Source: Candidatus Eiseniibacteriota bacterium (GTDB lineage: Bacteria; ARS69). Taken from it: 30,045 nucleotides of DNA. Location: assembly GCA_052390515.1 (NCBI GenBank), contig JBQTGV010000064.1:1-30045 (forward strand), written 5' to 3'. This document shows positions 15,077-24,831 of the stretch, one piece after another (position 1 is the first letter of the stretch; each line of letters opens with the position of its first letter). The position numbers were made by a program, and so were the translations under genes. The notes under the pieces are model-generated. The model made no database searches. It was not told the origin of the DNA and saw nothing but the letters and a program-made list of their open reading frames with translations.

Positions 15077-16885
15077 ATGCGGTCGACGCTGCCGTTCGTC
15101 GTTCCCGCCGCCGCCTTCCTCGCACTGCATCTGATCGCGCGCGGTGGCGGCGTGCTGGCGCGATGGTGGGGGGTCGACGCGCTCGCCTACCTGCCGGGAG
15201 CGGCGTCCGCGTCCTTCGCTCTGGCGGCAGCCGCGCTCTTCGTCCCCGCGGCGCGCAACACGGTCATCCGTGCGGCCGCGACCGTCGGTGTGCGTCCCGT
15301 GATCGGTGCCGCTGCTCTCGGCGCCCTGGCCGCCGCCGTCTCCCTGGCGATGCCGGCCACGACGCACCTCCTCGGCGACGGTCTGTTGCACCTCGGCGAC
15401 CTCCAGCGGCTCGCCTCGTCGGGAGCGTCGTTCTCCGAGGTCTCGTGGGCGAACGAGAACGCGCCGCTAGCCAACTGGACGGTGTGGGCCCTGCACCGCG
15501 CCGGCGGCTGGTCGTCTCCGCTCACGACGTTCCGCGTGCTCGGTTTCGCCTGCGGCGTCGGCTACATTCTCGCGGCCGCGGGTGCGGCCTGGCGTCTCGC
15601 GCCGGATGGAGCGGGAAGAGCGCTCCTGCTCGGTACACTGCTCACCGCCGGGTACGTGCAGCTCTTCGCCGGGTACGTCGAGCTGTATGCACCGCTTCCC
15701 CCGCTCGTGCTGCTGTACGTCGCGGCGGGGGCGGTGCGAGCGGGATCGGTGCCGTGGATTCCGGCGATCCTGCTGGGCGTCCTCGTGCCCCTGCACTTCA
15801 CCACCGCGACGCTGTGGCCGTCGCTCGCGGTCCTCTGCCTGGCGGCAGCCCGTGCCGGAGTCGGGCGTGCTGCGGCGGCTGCGGCATGCGTCGCCCTGCC
15901 TGCCGTCGTCTCCGCGGCTCTGCTCACGGCCGTCGGCTTCGACGCCGGCGCGTGGCTCGCCGCTCCGCGGGGGGCGAACGTCCTGCCGCTCGCCGGAGAC
16001 CCGGGATTCCGCCAGGCGTACCGCCTGCTCGATCCTCCGCACTTCGTGGACGTGGCGAACCAGCTGCTGCTCGTGGCGCCCGCCGCCCTGCTCGCCCTGC
16101 CGCTGGCCGTCCGACGCGGGGAGCGCGACGCGGCCGGCCCGTTCCTCGGCACAGCAGCGCTCGTGCCGCTGCTGTTCACGTTCGTCGCCAACCCGGAGGT
16201 CGGCGCGTTCCGGGACTGGGACGCGCTCTCGTTCGCCGCCGTGCCGCTCACCGTGCTGGCGGCGCGCTCGGCTGCGCGCGCCGTCCCGGACCGTCTCCTC
16301 GCGCACGGCGTCGTCGTGATCTGCGGCGCCGCCGCACTGCACACGGTGGCATGGCTGGCGGTGAACGCGGGTGATCGCCCGGCCGAAGCGCGCTTCGCCG
16401 GGCTCCTGGAGGCGTGTCCGCTCTCCCGGCACGCGCTCGCCTACGGATCCGAGTCCCTGGGGAGCCTGCGCCTCGCCGCCGGCCGCGCCGAGGAGGCGTG
16501 CGCGTCGTTCGAGAGCGCAGCGCGCGCAGCACCGGACAACCCGCGCCACCATATCTCGGCGGGGAAGCTGCATCTCGCGCTCGGGCGGCCGGACCGCGCA
16601 CGGGAGCGCTTCGCCGCGGCGTTACGCCTGGATCCGTCGCGCGCCGAGGCGTGGTTCGGGATGGGAACGCTGGAGCTCGCTCGGCGCGACGCCGGTGCGG
16701 CGCTGGCCGCGTTCCGCGCCGCGACGGAGGCCGATCCCGCGTTCGCGCCGGCCTGGTTCAACCTGGGTGCCGTGCTCCGCGAGCGGGGGGAGCTCGACGC
16801 GTCCCGGGAGGCGCTTCGCCGCTACCTGCTGCTGGACCCGGCCGGCCGGCTTGCGGAGCAGGCTCGGGAGTGGGTGGCAGAGTAG
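15077..16885 (+). CDS. Polytopic membrane protein with C-terminal TPR repeats (GT-C/TMTC-like architecture)
   Basis: Start revised to ATG 15077. About a dozen hydrophobic segments with LLGDG, LFAGYVELY, LHF and RDWD; TPR tail (AEAWFGMG…, APAWFNLG…, YLLLDP). Confidence 0.75.
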   Translation: MRSTLPFVVPAAAFLALHLIARGGGVLARWWGVDALAYLPGAASASFALAAAALFVPAARNTVIRAAATVGVRPVIGAAALGALAAAVSLAMPATTHLLGDGLLHLGDLQRLASSGASFSEVSWANENAPLANWTVWALHRAGGWSSPLTTFRVLGFACGVGYILAAAGAAWRLAPDGAGRALLLGTLLTAGYVQLFAGYVELYAPLPPLVLLYVAAGAVRAGSVPWIPAILLGVLVPLHFTTATLWPSLAVLCLAAARAGVGRAAAAAACVALPAVVSAALLTAVGFDAGAWLAAPRGANVLPLAGDPGFRQAYRLLDPPHFVDVANQLLLVAPAALLALPLAVRRGERDAAGPFLGTAALVPLLFTFVANPEVGAFRDWDALSFAAVPLTVLAARSAARAVPDRLLAHGVVVICGAAALHTVAWLAVNAGDRPAEARFAGLLEACPLSRHALAYGSESLGSLRLAAGRAEEACASFESAARAAPDNPRHHISAGKLHLALGRPDRARERFAAALRLDPSRAEAWFGMGTLELARRDAGAALAAFRAATEADPAFAPAWFNLGAVLRERGELDASREALRRYLLLDPAGRLAEQAREWVAE

Positions 16886-16897
16886 GGTGGCGTCCCG

Positions 16898-19411
16898 CTA
16901 ACCACCCAGCCCGAGCGGTCCACGGAGCGCCTCGTACATCCCGTCGGCAAGCAAGCGGTGCCCGAGCGCGTTCGGGTGCATGTCCCAGGGTGCCACGCGC
17001 AGCACGTCGGGACTCGTGGTCCCGTACACGCCGGTGAGATCGAGCGTGACGAATCCCGCTTCTTCGGCCATGCGCACGAGGACGTCCACGTCCGGAGTTC
17101 GCCCCTGGCCGGCCTCCGCCGGAACGCAGATCCAGATGGGCAGGATGCCGTGCTCCCGGCAGAGGTCCGCGAGTCGACGGAGCGCCCACGCGTTGACCTC
17201 GCCTCCCAGCGGGCGCAGGCGGTTCTCGATCTCCGCGACGGGCATGCCCGCGGCCGCTCCGACGCGGTCGGCGAACTCGCGCAACGCCGGGTGCGGGAGC
17301 TCCACGCCCTCGTGGATCGTCACCGCCAGATGGTGGAGCACGCGGACCTCGTTCCGCGGATGGCCGACGTAGATCACGGCGTCGGGATGGAACGCGAGCG
17401 CCCGCTGCTCCAGCACGAACGGCGCGTGCAGGTCGCCCCATCCGCCCACGGCGAAGTTCAGGATCTCCCAGCTCCGGTGCGGGGCGCCGGCGTTCTCCCG
17501 GTTGAGCCGGTCTTCCAGCAGCGCCTCGAACGTCTCGCGGTCGGCCACGCCCGAGCCCATGCTGTGCGATCCGCCGAGCAGCGCGATGCGGTACGTGCCG
17601 GGCGGCGGGGAAGTCTCGTACTCCCGGTCGCGCATTCCGAAGCGGTTCGTCGTGAGCGGCGCGTCCTTGAAGATCATGTCCAGGGACGGTCGCAGCTCGT
17701 GCCCGAGGAAGTCCCCGGTGGAACGGACCGCGTCCGAGTCCTGGATGAGCTTCCAGTCCGTCGGCCGCTGCATGTAGACCTCCCAGAGCTCCGAGTTGAA
17801 GCGGTTCACCGCGGTGAGGTTCTCGTAGTAGCCGCGCTCCAGCAGGACCGCGTCGCGCTGGCTGAGCTTGTCGGAGCGGAGGTCCCGGATCACGTCGACC
17901 GCGCGCGGGCCGAGCGGGAAGTACACGGCCGGCTGGCCGACGACGAGGAGCGCGGCCATGGCCAGCGTGGATGCGGCCATCGCTCCGGCCGAGGGCGGCG
18001 GGGCATGGAGCCGGCTCGGCGGAGCCGCGCCGCGGCGAATCCAGAAGAACGCGAACAGCATCGCGGTCGCCAGGGCGAAGACCGCGAGCGCGACGAGCGC
18101 GCTCGTCGCGTCGAGCCGCGCACTGGTCCAGAGCGACATCCACTCCCCGACGGAGTCGCTGATCCACAGCGACCACAGCGTGCAGATCACCGCGAAGGTC
18201 AGCACGGTGGTCGCCGAGCGGACGGCGAGCGCCCGCGCGCCCGGCTTCCTCGCCGCCAAGCTCCGCGTCCGGCCGCGTCGGTTCTCGATCAGCGAGTTGA
18301 CCACGACGAGCGCCGCGAGCAGCGTCCAGAACAGGATGTCCGGAGCGGTGAACAGGTACGTGCCGCGGAGCCAGAACCACTGGTAGGCGTGCAGGAACCA
18401 GGTGACGACGAACGTCGTGAACGTCGCCAGCACGATCGCGGGAACGTCGCCCGCGGACTTCAGGCGGAAGAACAGCGGCATGAAGAAGAGCTTCTGCATG
18501 AAGTCCTTCCAGTAGATGTTGATGCGCCGCCAGAAGTCGCTGAAGCTGGACGCCAGGTAGTAGAGATGATGCGTCTCCGGCAGGTTGAAGCCGAAGAGCA
18601 GCAGCGTGCCGACGATCAGGTGGAATTGACCCGACACCTTGAGATACAGCAGGAAGTTGGCCAGCACGTAGCGGGCGAGTCCGGCGCCGCTCTCCACTTC
18701 CTCGGGTCCGATCACCAGCCAGTAGTTCACCCCACGGTACAGGATCAGGTGGACCATCCCGCGCAGCATCCAGCGCAGCCCGCGCTGGTAGATGCGGTAG
18801 GCGTTCTCGTTGTAGTACGTGACCGTGAAGCCGGCGTAGTCCACGGCAGGGAACAGCGGGAACGCGACGTTGGGCAGCAGGAAGAAATAGGCCAGCGCGC
18901 GCGAGGCGCTGAACGGCACCGTCCCGTGGCGGAGATCGTAGAGATACACGACGAGCCGGAACATGAACATGGACGCCAGCACCGGCACGACCACGCTGCC
19001 CCACTCCGTCGGCAGCGTCCCGGTGCGCACGGCGGCGAGCGCCGCGGCCGCTCCGGCGACGAGCAGGAGGCGCAGCCCGAACGGAACCGGAAGGTGGCAG
19101 AGCGCGATCAGCGCGATGCCGATCGCGAGGAGGATGCCGGCGTGCACCGGACCGAGCGCCGCGAGGATGCCCGCGGCCGAGAGCAGCACGAAGAAGCGGA
19201 GGCGCAGCGCGGCGGGCAAGAGGTGGTGCACGACGAACCCGACGAACGCGAGCGGCAGGATCTTGCCGGTGAGGATCGGGTTCTCCAGCTGGAACTGCTT
19301 CGCCACGGCGACGAGCAGGCCCAGCTGCAGCACCTGCGCGGAGAAGCGGGCGAGGCCGGCGCGTCCGCCGAGCGTCTCCGCGAACGCTCGCGAGATGGGT
19401 GGTCCGTTCAT
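16898..19411 (-). CDS. MBOAT family O-acyltransferase fused to a C-terminal SGNH-like domain
   Basis: MBOAT: SGQFHLIVG…FGFNLPET, FSDFWRRINIYWKDF, TWFLH. SGNH: RIALLGGSHSMG, ILNFAVGGW, DMHPNALGH. Confidence 0.85.
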   Translation of the reverse strand: MNGPPISRAFAETLGGRAGLARFSAQVLQLGLLVAVAKQFQLENPILTGKILPLAFVGFVVHHLLPAALRLRFFVLLSAAGILAALGPVHAGILLAIGIALIALCHLPVPFGLRLLLVAGAAAALAAVRTGTLPTEWGSVVVPVLASMFMFRLVVYLYDLRHGTVPFSASRALAYFFLLPNVAFPLFPAVDYAGFTVTYYNENAYRIYQRGLRWMLRGMVHLILYRGVNYWLVIGPEEVESGAGLARYVLANFLLYLKVSGQFHLIVGTLLLFGFNLPETHHLYYLASSFSDFWRRINIYWKDFMQKLFFMPLFFRLKSAGDVPAIVLATFTTFVVTWFLHAYQWFWLRGTYLFTAPDILFWTLLAALVVVNSLIENRRGRTRSLAARKPGARALAVRSATTVLTFAVICTLWSLWISDSVGEWMSLWTSARLDATSALVALAVFALATAMLFAFFWIRRGAAPPSRLHAPPPSAGAMAASTLAMAALLVVGQPAVYFPLGPRAVDVIRDLRSDKLSQRDAVLLERGYYENLTAVNRFNSELWEVYMQRPTDWKLIQDSDAVRSTGDFLGHELRPSLDMIFKDAPLTTNRFGMRDREYETSPPPGTYRIALLGGSHSMGSGVADRETFEALLEDRLNRENAGAPHRSWEILNFAVGGWGDLHAPFVLEQRALAFHPDAVIYVGHPRNEVRVLHHLAVTIHEGVELPHPALREFADRVGAAAGMPVAEIENRLRPLGGEVNAWALRRLADLCREHGILPIWICVPAEAGQGRTPDVDVLVRMAEEAGFVTLDLTGVYGTTSPDVLRVAPWDMHPNALGHRLLADGMYEALRGPLGLGG

Positions 19412-20167
19412 CTAGCGGGGTTCGGCGGGCTCGAAGAGCGGACTGCGCGCGATCCCCCACCGATGCGCGTACCACTGGCCGAAGGTGCGCAGCGTGAGCA
19501 GCGCGTACACGGTCGATCTCTTCAGATTGATGGAGCTGGCCTCGTCGAAGTAGCGCACCGGCACGGGGATGTCGCCGAGCTTGATCCCCAGGTTCACGCA
19601 CTGCACCAGGAACTGGGAGTCGAAGACGAAGTCGTCCGAGTTCCTGCGGTAGGGCACGCGCTCCAGCACGTCCCGCCGGTAGGCGCGGAACCCGGAGTGC
19701 CATTCGCCGAGGTTCTGTCCGGAGAGCAGGTTCTGGATGACGGTGAGCCCGCGGTTCGCGAAGTACTTCACCGGCGGCATGCCTCCCGCCAGGGCCTCTC
19801 CGCGGGTGCGGATCCGGTTCCCCAGGACGACGTCGCAGATGCCCAGCTTGAGGATCTCCACGGCCACCGGGATCGCGCGGACATCGTACTGGTAGTCGGC
19901 GTGGATCATGATCACGTAGTCGGCGCCGGCGGCGAGCGCCCGATCGTAGCAGGTCTTCTGGTTGCCTCCGTAGCCCTTGTTGCGGTCGTGCACGACCAGC
20001 GTGACCGGCAGGCGCCGGGCGATCTCCACGGTGTCGTCCTTGCTGCAGTCGTCGACGACGATGACCTCGTCGACCACGTCCCGGGGGATCTCCGACCAGC
20101 AGCGCTCGAGCGTCTTGGCGGCGTTGTACGCCGGCATGACGACGACGGTACGACCGGATCCTCGCAT
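19412..20167 (-). CDS. Glycosyltransferase family 2, DPM1/polyprenol-phosphate glycosyltransferase-like
   Basis: Start revised to ATG 20167. [46 protein letters not shown]; stop abuts the MBOAT ATG. Confidence 0.92.
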   Translation of the reverse strand: MRGSGRTVVVMPAYNAAKTLERCWSEIPRDVVDEVIVVDDCSKDDTVEIARRLPVTLVVHDRNKGYGGNQKTCYDRALAAGADYVIMIHADYQYDVRAIPVAVEILKLGICDVVLGNRIRTRGEALAGGMPPVKYFANRGLTVIQNLLSGQNLGEWHSGFRAYRRDVLERVPYRRNSDDFVFDSQFLVQCVNLGIKLGDIPVPVRYFDEASSINLKRSTVYALLTLRTFGQWYAHRWGIARSPLFEPAEPR

Positions 20168-20173
20168 CGGGCG

Positions 20174-20202
20174 ATTCTCAAGGTTCGGTTCGGGGCTGGC
20201 AA
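20174..20202 (-). promoter_or_regulatory. Putative promoter giving a leaderless GT2-MBOAT transcript
   Basis: TTGCCA (20202-20197), 17 nt, GAGAAT (20179-20174), 6 nt, ATG. Confidence 0.5.
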
Positions 20203-20226
20203 GACGAGTCGGCGCGGTGTTCACGG

Positions 20227-21636
20227 TCAGTCCACGTATCCGAGCGAGCGGAGCTGATCCTCGAGGGCGGGATCGATGGAGGATCCCTCCGATGCGGGGA
20301 GCGCATGGAGCCTCTGCGCGACGAGCGCCCGCAGCACCTCGGTTCCCGGAGCGCTCGCGGACAGGTCGGCGTGCTGGTCCGGGTCGGAAGCGGTCTCGTA
20401 GAGCTCGACCTTGTCGGGTCCCTGGACGAGCCAGTCGGCGCCGGCGACGACCGCGGAGAGGACCGGTTCGGAGCGGCTCTCCCGGCCGGCTACCCGCCGC
20501 CCGTCCGCCCACGTGTAGTGGTGCTCCATGGCGAAGACCGGCGCGGCCGGCAGCGTGCCCTCGCCGCGCAGCAGCAGCGCGAGCGAGCGGCCGTCGAGTC
20601 CGTCCGGGACGTCGGCGCCGGCCAGCTCGAGGAGCGTGGGCGTCACGTCCACGAGGGAGACGAGATCGTCGAGGTCGCGGGCGACGATGCCCGGGCCGGA
20701 GAGCAGCAGCGGGACGCGGAGCACGTCGGCGTGGAGACGTCCGCCGTGATGGATCCGCCCGCGCTCCGGTTCGAAGCCTTCGCCGTGGTCGGAGACGAAC
20801 GCGACGTAGGCATCGTCGAGCAGACCCTTCGCCCTCAGGGCCGCGAGGAGCACGCCGAACCCGGCGTCCAGATGCCGCACCTCGGCACGGTACAGCTCCC
20901 GGAGGCGCGCCCAGTCCTCCGTCGAGCACGCCGCGTCTCCCTGGATGCATCGCCGGTAGGTGTCCACGGACTCGCCGGGGACGGGTGGGAGGTTCTTCAC
21001 CGTCCAGGGATGCACGCGGAAGTAGTCGTGCACGGAGTAAGTGTGCACGAAGAGGAAGAGAGGCCGGGCGCTCGCGTCGCGCGCTTCGAGATACGCAAGC
21101 GCGCAGTCGAAGAGCGAGAGGCCGCGCTCGCGGCTCGGCCGCCCGCCACGCGGCAGGTTCGCCGTCGTCGGGCTCTCGCCGTCGGTCTGGTCGTTGTAGA
21201 TGGAGAAACCGCGGGCGAAGCCGAACTCGGCGTCGATGTACCCCGCGTCGGTGAACGCCACCGTCTCCCAGCCCGCGGCGCGCAGGGACTCGGCGAGCAG
21301 CGTCACGTCCTGCGCGATCCGGCGCCGGGGGTCGGTCGCGCCGTGACGATCCGGGTAGAGACCGGTGAGCAGGGAGGCGTGTGCCGGCAGCGTCCACGAG
21401 GATGGGGAGACCGCGCGGCCGAAGCGCGCTGCACCGGCGGCGAACGCGTCGAGATTCGGGAGAGGGTCCGCCTCGGCCGAGAATGCTGAGAGCGCGGAGC
21501 GGTTCATGGTGTCGACGGAGACGAGGATGATGTGCGGCCGCGCGGCGGGGCGTGGAGCCGGGCTCTCGCCGGGAGCCGTGCAGCCGGCCGTCGAGAACAG
21601 CGCGAGCGCGATCCCGAGAGGGAGCCACCGGTTCAT
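20227..21636 (-). CDS. Sulfatase/alkaline-phosphatase-superfamily lipoprotein with Thr at the nucleophile position
   Basis: Start revised to ATG 21636; lipobox [46 protein letters not shown]-terminal LRSLGYVD. Confidence 0.88.
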   Translation of the reverse strand: MNRWLPLGIALALFSTAGCTAPGESPAPRPAARPHIILVSVDTMNRSALSAFSAEADPLPNLDAFAAGAARFGRAVSPSSWTLPAHASLLTGLYPDRHGATDPRRRIAQDVTLLAESLRAAGWETVAFTDAGYIDAEFGFARGFSIYNDQTDGESPTTANLPRGGRPSRERGLSLFDCALAYLEARDASARPLFLFVHTYSVHDYFRVHPWTVKNLPPVPGESVDTYRRCIQGDAACSTEDWARLRELYRAEVRHLDAGFGVLLAALRAKGLLDDAYVAFVSDHGEGFEPERGRIHHGGRLHADVLRVPLLLSGPGIVARDLDDLVSLVDVTPTLLELAGADVPDGLDGRSLALLLRGEGTLPAAPVFAMEHHYTWADGRRVAGRESRSEPVLSAVVAGADWLVQGPDKVELYETASDPDQHADLSASAPGTEVLRALVAQRLHALPASEGSSIDPALEDQLRSLGYVD

Positions 21637-21789
21637 CGGCGCAAGGCTCGCGCGATCCTCGAGGGTGTCCGGCTCGCGGCCGGGCGGGTACAATGTCGCT
21701 TCCTGTGTGTCGGCACGACGAGGGACCCTCATGACCGTGAACTCCCGTCCGGACGGATCGGGCGGGCATTCTCCGCTCTCGGCGGAGCG

Positions 21790-23379
21790 ATGACAAGAGC
21801 GCCGGGCGGTCGGAGCCGGCTTCCCGGGCCCGGCCCGTCGGCGGAGCGCGAGGGGCGTCCGTGGTCGCGCCGCGAGCGGCTCGCGCTCGGCGTTCTCGTG
21901 GCGCTGTGCCTCGCCACCCTGCCGCTCACCGTGCACCCCTGGTTCGACCCCACTCCCGACGCGTCCATCTACCTCGTCGCCACGCGCTCGATGCTGCTCG
22001 GCCTGGGCCACACGTACTACGGCGAGCCTCTGTGGCTCCGCCCGCCGGGGTTCCCGGTGCTCCTCGCGCCGATCGTCGCCGCCGGCGGAACGAGCTTCGC
22101 CGCGCTGCACGCGTTCGTGAGTCTCTTCGGGATTCTCGGCGTGGCGGCGCTCTTCGCCTTCCAGCGCGCGCGCCTGGGAGCGACGGCTGCGTGGCTCGTC
22201 GCTGCGTCGCTGTGGTTGCTGCCCGCCTACCAGAGGCTCTGCAACCAGGTCATGTCGGACGTGCCCGGCGTCGCGCTGCTGCTGGCCGTGTTCCTCATGG
22301 ACCGCTGGGCAGGAAGGCGCCCCGGGCTGCGGCGGGAGCTGCTGCTCGGCGCGTGCATCGGTCTCTTCGCCGCGGTGCGCACCGTGGTGCTGCTGGCTCT
22401 GCCGGCGATCCTCGTCTCGCGCGTGCTGGAGCGGCTGGCCACGGGATCCGGCGAAACGAGCTGGCCGAGGTTCGCGATGCAGCGGCTGGCGGCGGTGACC
22501 GCCGCGGCGTGGCTCGTGCAGCTGCCCTGGAGCGGCGCCGGCGATCCGCCGGACCCCACGCCGCCCGCGGACCAGACCGCGCGCCTCTCCTACTCCGTCG
22601 CCATGTGGCACCGCGACGAGGGCGATGCATCGTCCCCCCGGATCCCGCTGGGCGAGATCGTGCGGACGCGCGTGCCGGAGCGCACGGCGGACATCGCCGG
22701 GACGATGGGGAGCGCGCTCGAGACGGAGCACGCCTCGCCCGCGCGGCTCGTCCTCGCCACCGCGCTGGCCGCGGGCGCGCTGTGGGTGCTGCTCAAGCGG
22801 CGCGCCCCGGCCGACTTCTTCGTGCTCGGCTCGACCGCGCTCTTCGCCGTCTACTTCGGCTACAAGCCGCGGCTGCTTCTTCCGGTGTGGATCTTCGCCA
22901 TGCCGGCGCTCGTGGAGCTGCTGCAGGACGTGATCCGACGCGTGGCCGGCGCGCGGGTGGCCGGCGTGCTCGTCGCCGCGGCGATCTGCGCGTGGACCGC
23001 CGCGCACTTCGCCCCGCGAAAGGGCTGGGACGCGATCCGCCTCGAGCACGAACGGGTCCTTGCGGAGTGCGCGGAGATCGCGAGGCGGGTTCCGGAGGAC
23101 GCGAGGCTGGGCACGCCCGTCGCCTGGGACTTCGCCGTGGTGCTCGACCGGCCGGTTTTCAGCCTGCACTACCACGTGCGCCGGCGCGGTGACGCGGCCG
23201 CCGCCACGGAGGAGATGATCGCGAAGTACGATCTCGACGCCGTGTTCCTCGACCCGCGCGAGGCACGGGACAGGGACATCTGGCGCCACCTCCTGGACCG
23301 CTACGGCGACGGGACGGAGGACGGCGGATTCGAGCGCGCCGGACCCTGGGCCATCGTGCCGGTGGCGCGGGGCGGGTGA
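21790..23379 (+). CDS. GT-C fold (ArnT/PMT-like) integral membrane glycosyltransferase
   Basis: Start revised to ATG 21790 (GGAG SD). First loop PDASIY…[16 protein letters not shown], many TM helices, small soluble C-terminal domain. Confidence 0.75.
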   Translation: MTRAPGGRSRLPGPGPSAEREGRPWSRRERLALGVLVALCLATLPLTVHPWFDPTPDASIYLVATRSMLLGLGHTYYGEPLWLRPPGFPVLLAPIVAAGGTSFAALHAFVSLFGILGVAALFAFQRARLGATAAWLVAASLWLLPAYQRLCNQVMSDVPGVALLLAVFLMDRWAGRRPGLRRELLLGACIGLFAAVRTVVLLALPAILVSRVLERLATGSGETSWPRFAMQRLAAVTAAAWLVQLPWSGAGDPPDPTPPADQTARLSYSVAMWHRDEGDASSPRIPLGEIVRTRVPERTADIAGTMGSALETEHASPARLVLATALAAGALWVLLKRRAPADFFVLGSTALFAVYFGYKPRLLLPVWIFAMPALVELLQDVIRRVAGARVAGVLVAAAICAWTAAHFAPRKGWDAIRLEHERVLAECAEIARRVPEDARLGTPVAWDFAVVLDRPVFSLHYHVRRRGDAAAATEEMIAKYDLDAVFLDPREARDRDIWRHLLDRYGDGTEDGGFERAGPWAIVPVARGG

Positions 23380-23388
23380 CCGCCGCGG

Positions 23389-24831
23389 TCACTGTCCGGT
23401 GTAGCCCAGCGCCTCGAGCATCTCCACCGCCTCGGGCGGCAGCGCGTCGAGGTCGACCTCCTCGCCGGGTACGACCGCGCTCGGCCCCTCCTCGTACCAG
23501 ACGCGGAGCGCCTGCGACAGCTCGGCGACGACTTCCGGATGCTGCGCGGCGACGTTGACCGACTCGCCGGGATCGGTGCGAAGGTCGTACAGCTCGAACG
23601 CTGCGCCCTTCATCGCCGCGCGATCCTCCGCGGCGCGCACCTGCAGCAGCTTCCACGGACCGCGGCGGACTCCGATCTGCGTGGAGTCCCTCACGTAACC
23701 CGACTCGACGAACACGTGCGAGGGGAAGGGCGCGCCGGGCTCGCCTCGCAGCATCCCGGCGAGGCTCACGCCCTCGAACGTCTCCGGGATGCGCAAACCA
23801 GCGAGCTCGAGCAGCGTCCCGGAGACGTCCACCAGCCCCACCGGCTCCGGCACGATGCGCCGCCCCGCGGCGATGGACGGCGCGCGGAAGATCAGCGGGA
23901 CGTTCGCAGTCGGCTGATAGGCGAACCGGCCGTGCTCCAGGTAGTACTCGTGCTCGTCGAAGCTCTCGCCGTGGTCCGCGCTCAGCACGATCACGGCTCC
24001 CTCGAAGAGCCCCAGCCCCTCGAGCCCCGCGCGGAGCCGGCCGAGCTCGTCGTCGAAGTACAGCACCTCGCGTTCGTACTGTGCGACGTAGAAGCCGAGG
24101 TCGGTGACCGTTCCCTCGCCGCCCGGTCGGTCCTGTCGCTGGTACTCGGGGATCTTCTCGAGGTCGAGCTCGCGAGCCGGGCGGTCGCCGCGGAGCATCC
24201 CGGACCAGGGCGAGGGCGGGACGTAGGGGCCATGCGGATCCATGTAGTGCAGCCACAGGAAGAAGGGACGCTTCGGGTCGCGGCGCCCGAGCCAAGCGAG
24301 GCCCTGGTCCGTCACGGTACGTGCGTCAGTGTACTCCTTCACTCGACCGGGACGGTTGCGGTACGCGACGTCGCCCTGCTCCTTCTGCCAGCGTTCCTGC
24401 CAGGACTCCACGAAGTGATCGAAGCCCTGGTCGAAGCCGAGCTCGCGGCCCACGTTGAAATTGGCGACGACCGCGGCGGTCTGGTAGCCGGCGTCGCCGA
24501 ACACTTCGCCGAGCACCACGAGGCCGGGCGGCAGCTTGCGCTGCTGGTGGCGCATGCCGGTCGTGCGCGGGTGCGCGCCGGTCACGAGGCTCGCCATGCT
24601 GGGCCACGTCTTCGGCCACTGCACGGTGCAGTCGGTGAACAGCACGCCCTCGGCGGCCAGCCGATCCACGCTCGGCGAAGTCGGCAGGGATTGTCCGAAG
24701 CTGCCGAGCCGGTCCGGCCGCAGCGTATCCACGGTGATCAGCAGGACGTCCGGATGCCTCGAAGGCGGGGGCGAGCAGCCGAGCGCCGCGCCGAGGACGA
24801 GCGCGACCAGCGGCCCCCGGCGCACGCTCAC
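23389..24831 (-). CDS. Second sulfatase-fold lipoprotein with Thr at the nucleophile position
   Basis: GTG start overlaps the peptidase stop; lipobox ALGC. ITVDTLRPD, KTWPSMASLVTG, HYMDPHGPY, ADHGE, EHG; C-terminal LEALGY. Confidence 0.9.
   Translation of the reverse strand: MSVRRGPLVALVLGAALGCSPPPSRHPDVLLITVDTLRPDRLGSFGQSLPTSPSVDRLAAEGVLFTDCTVQWPKTWPSMASLVTGAHPRTTGMRHQQRKLPPGLVVLGEVFGDAGYQTAAVVANFNVGRELGFDQGFDHFVESWQERWQKEQGDVAYRNRPGRVKEYTDARTVTDQGLAWLGRRDPKRPFFLWLHYMDPHGPYVPPSPWSGMLRGDRPARELDLEKIPEYQRQDRPGGEGTVTDLGFYVAQYEREVLYFDDELGRLRAGLEGLGLFEGAVIVLSADHGESFDEHEYYLEHGRFAYQPTANVPLIFRAPSIAAGRRIVPEPVGLVDVSGTLLELAGLRIPETFEGVSLAGMLRGEPGAPFPSHVFVESGYVRDSTQIGVRRGPWKLLQVRAAEDRAAMKGAAFELYDLRTDPGESVNVAAQHPEVVAELSQALRVWYEEGPSAVVPGEEVDLDALPPEAVEMLEALGYTGQ

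Noticed and set aside
19412-21796. Apparent 794-aa GT2 fusion
   Set aside because: The upstream part is an off-frame read of the sulfatase-fold gene; the GT2 domain starts at about 20167.
20227-23289. Apparent 1020-aa sulfatase with a long N-terminal extension
   Set aside because: The extension is the antisense of the GT-C gene; the lipoprotein signal starts at ATG 21636.
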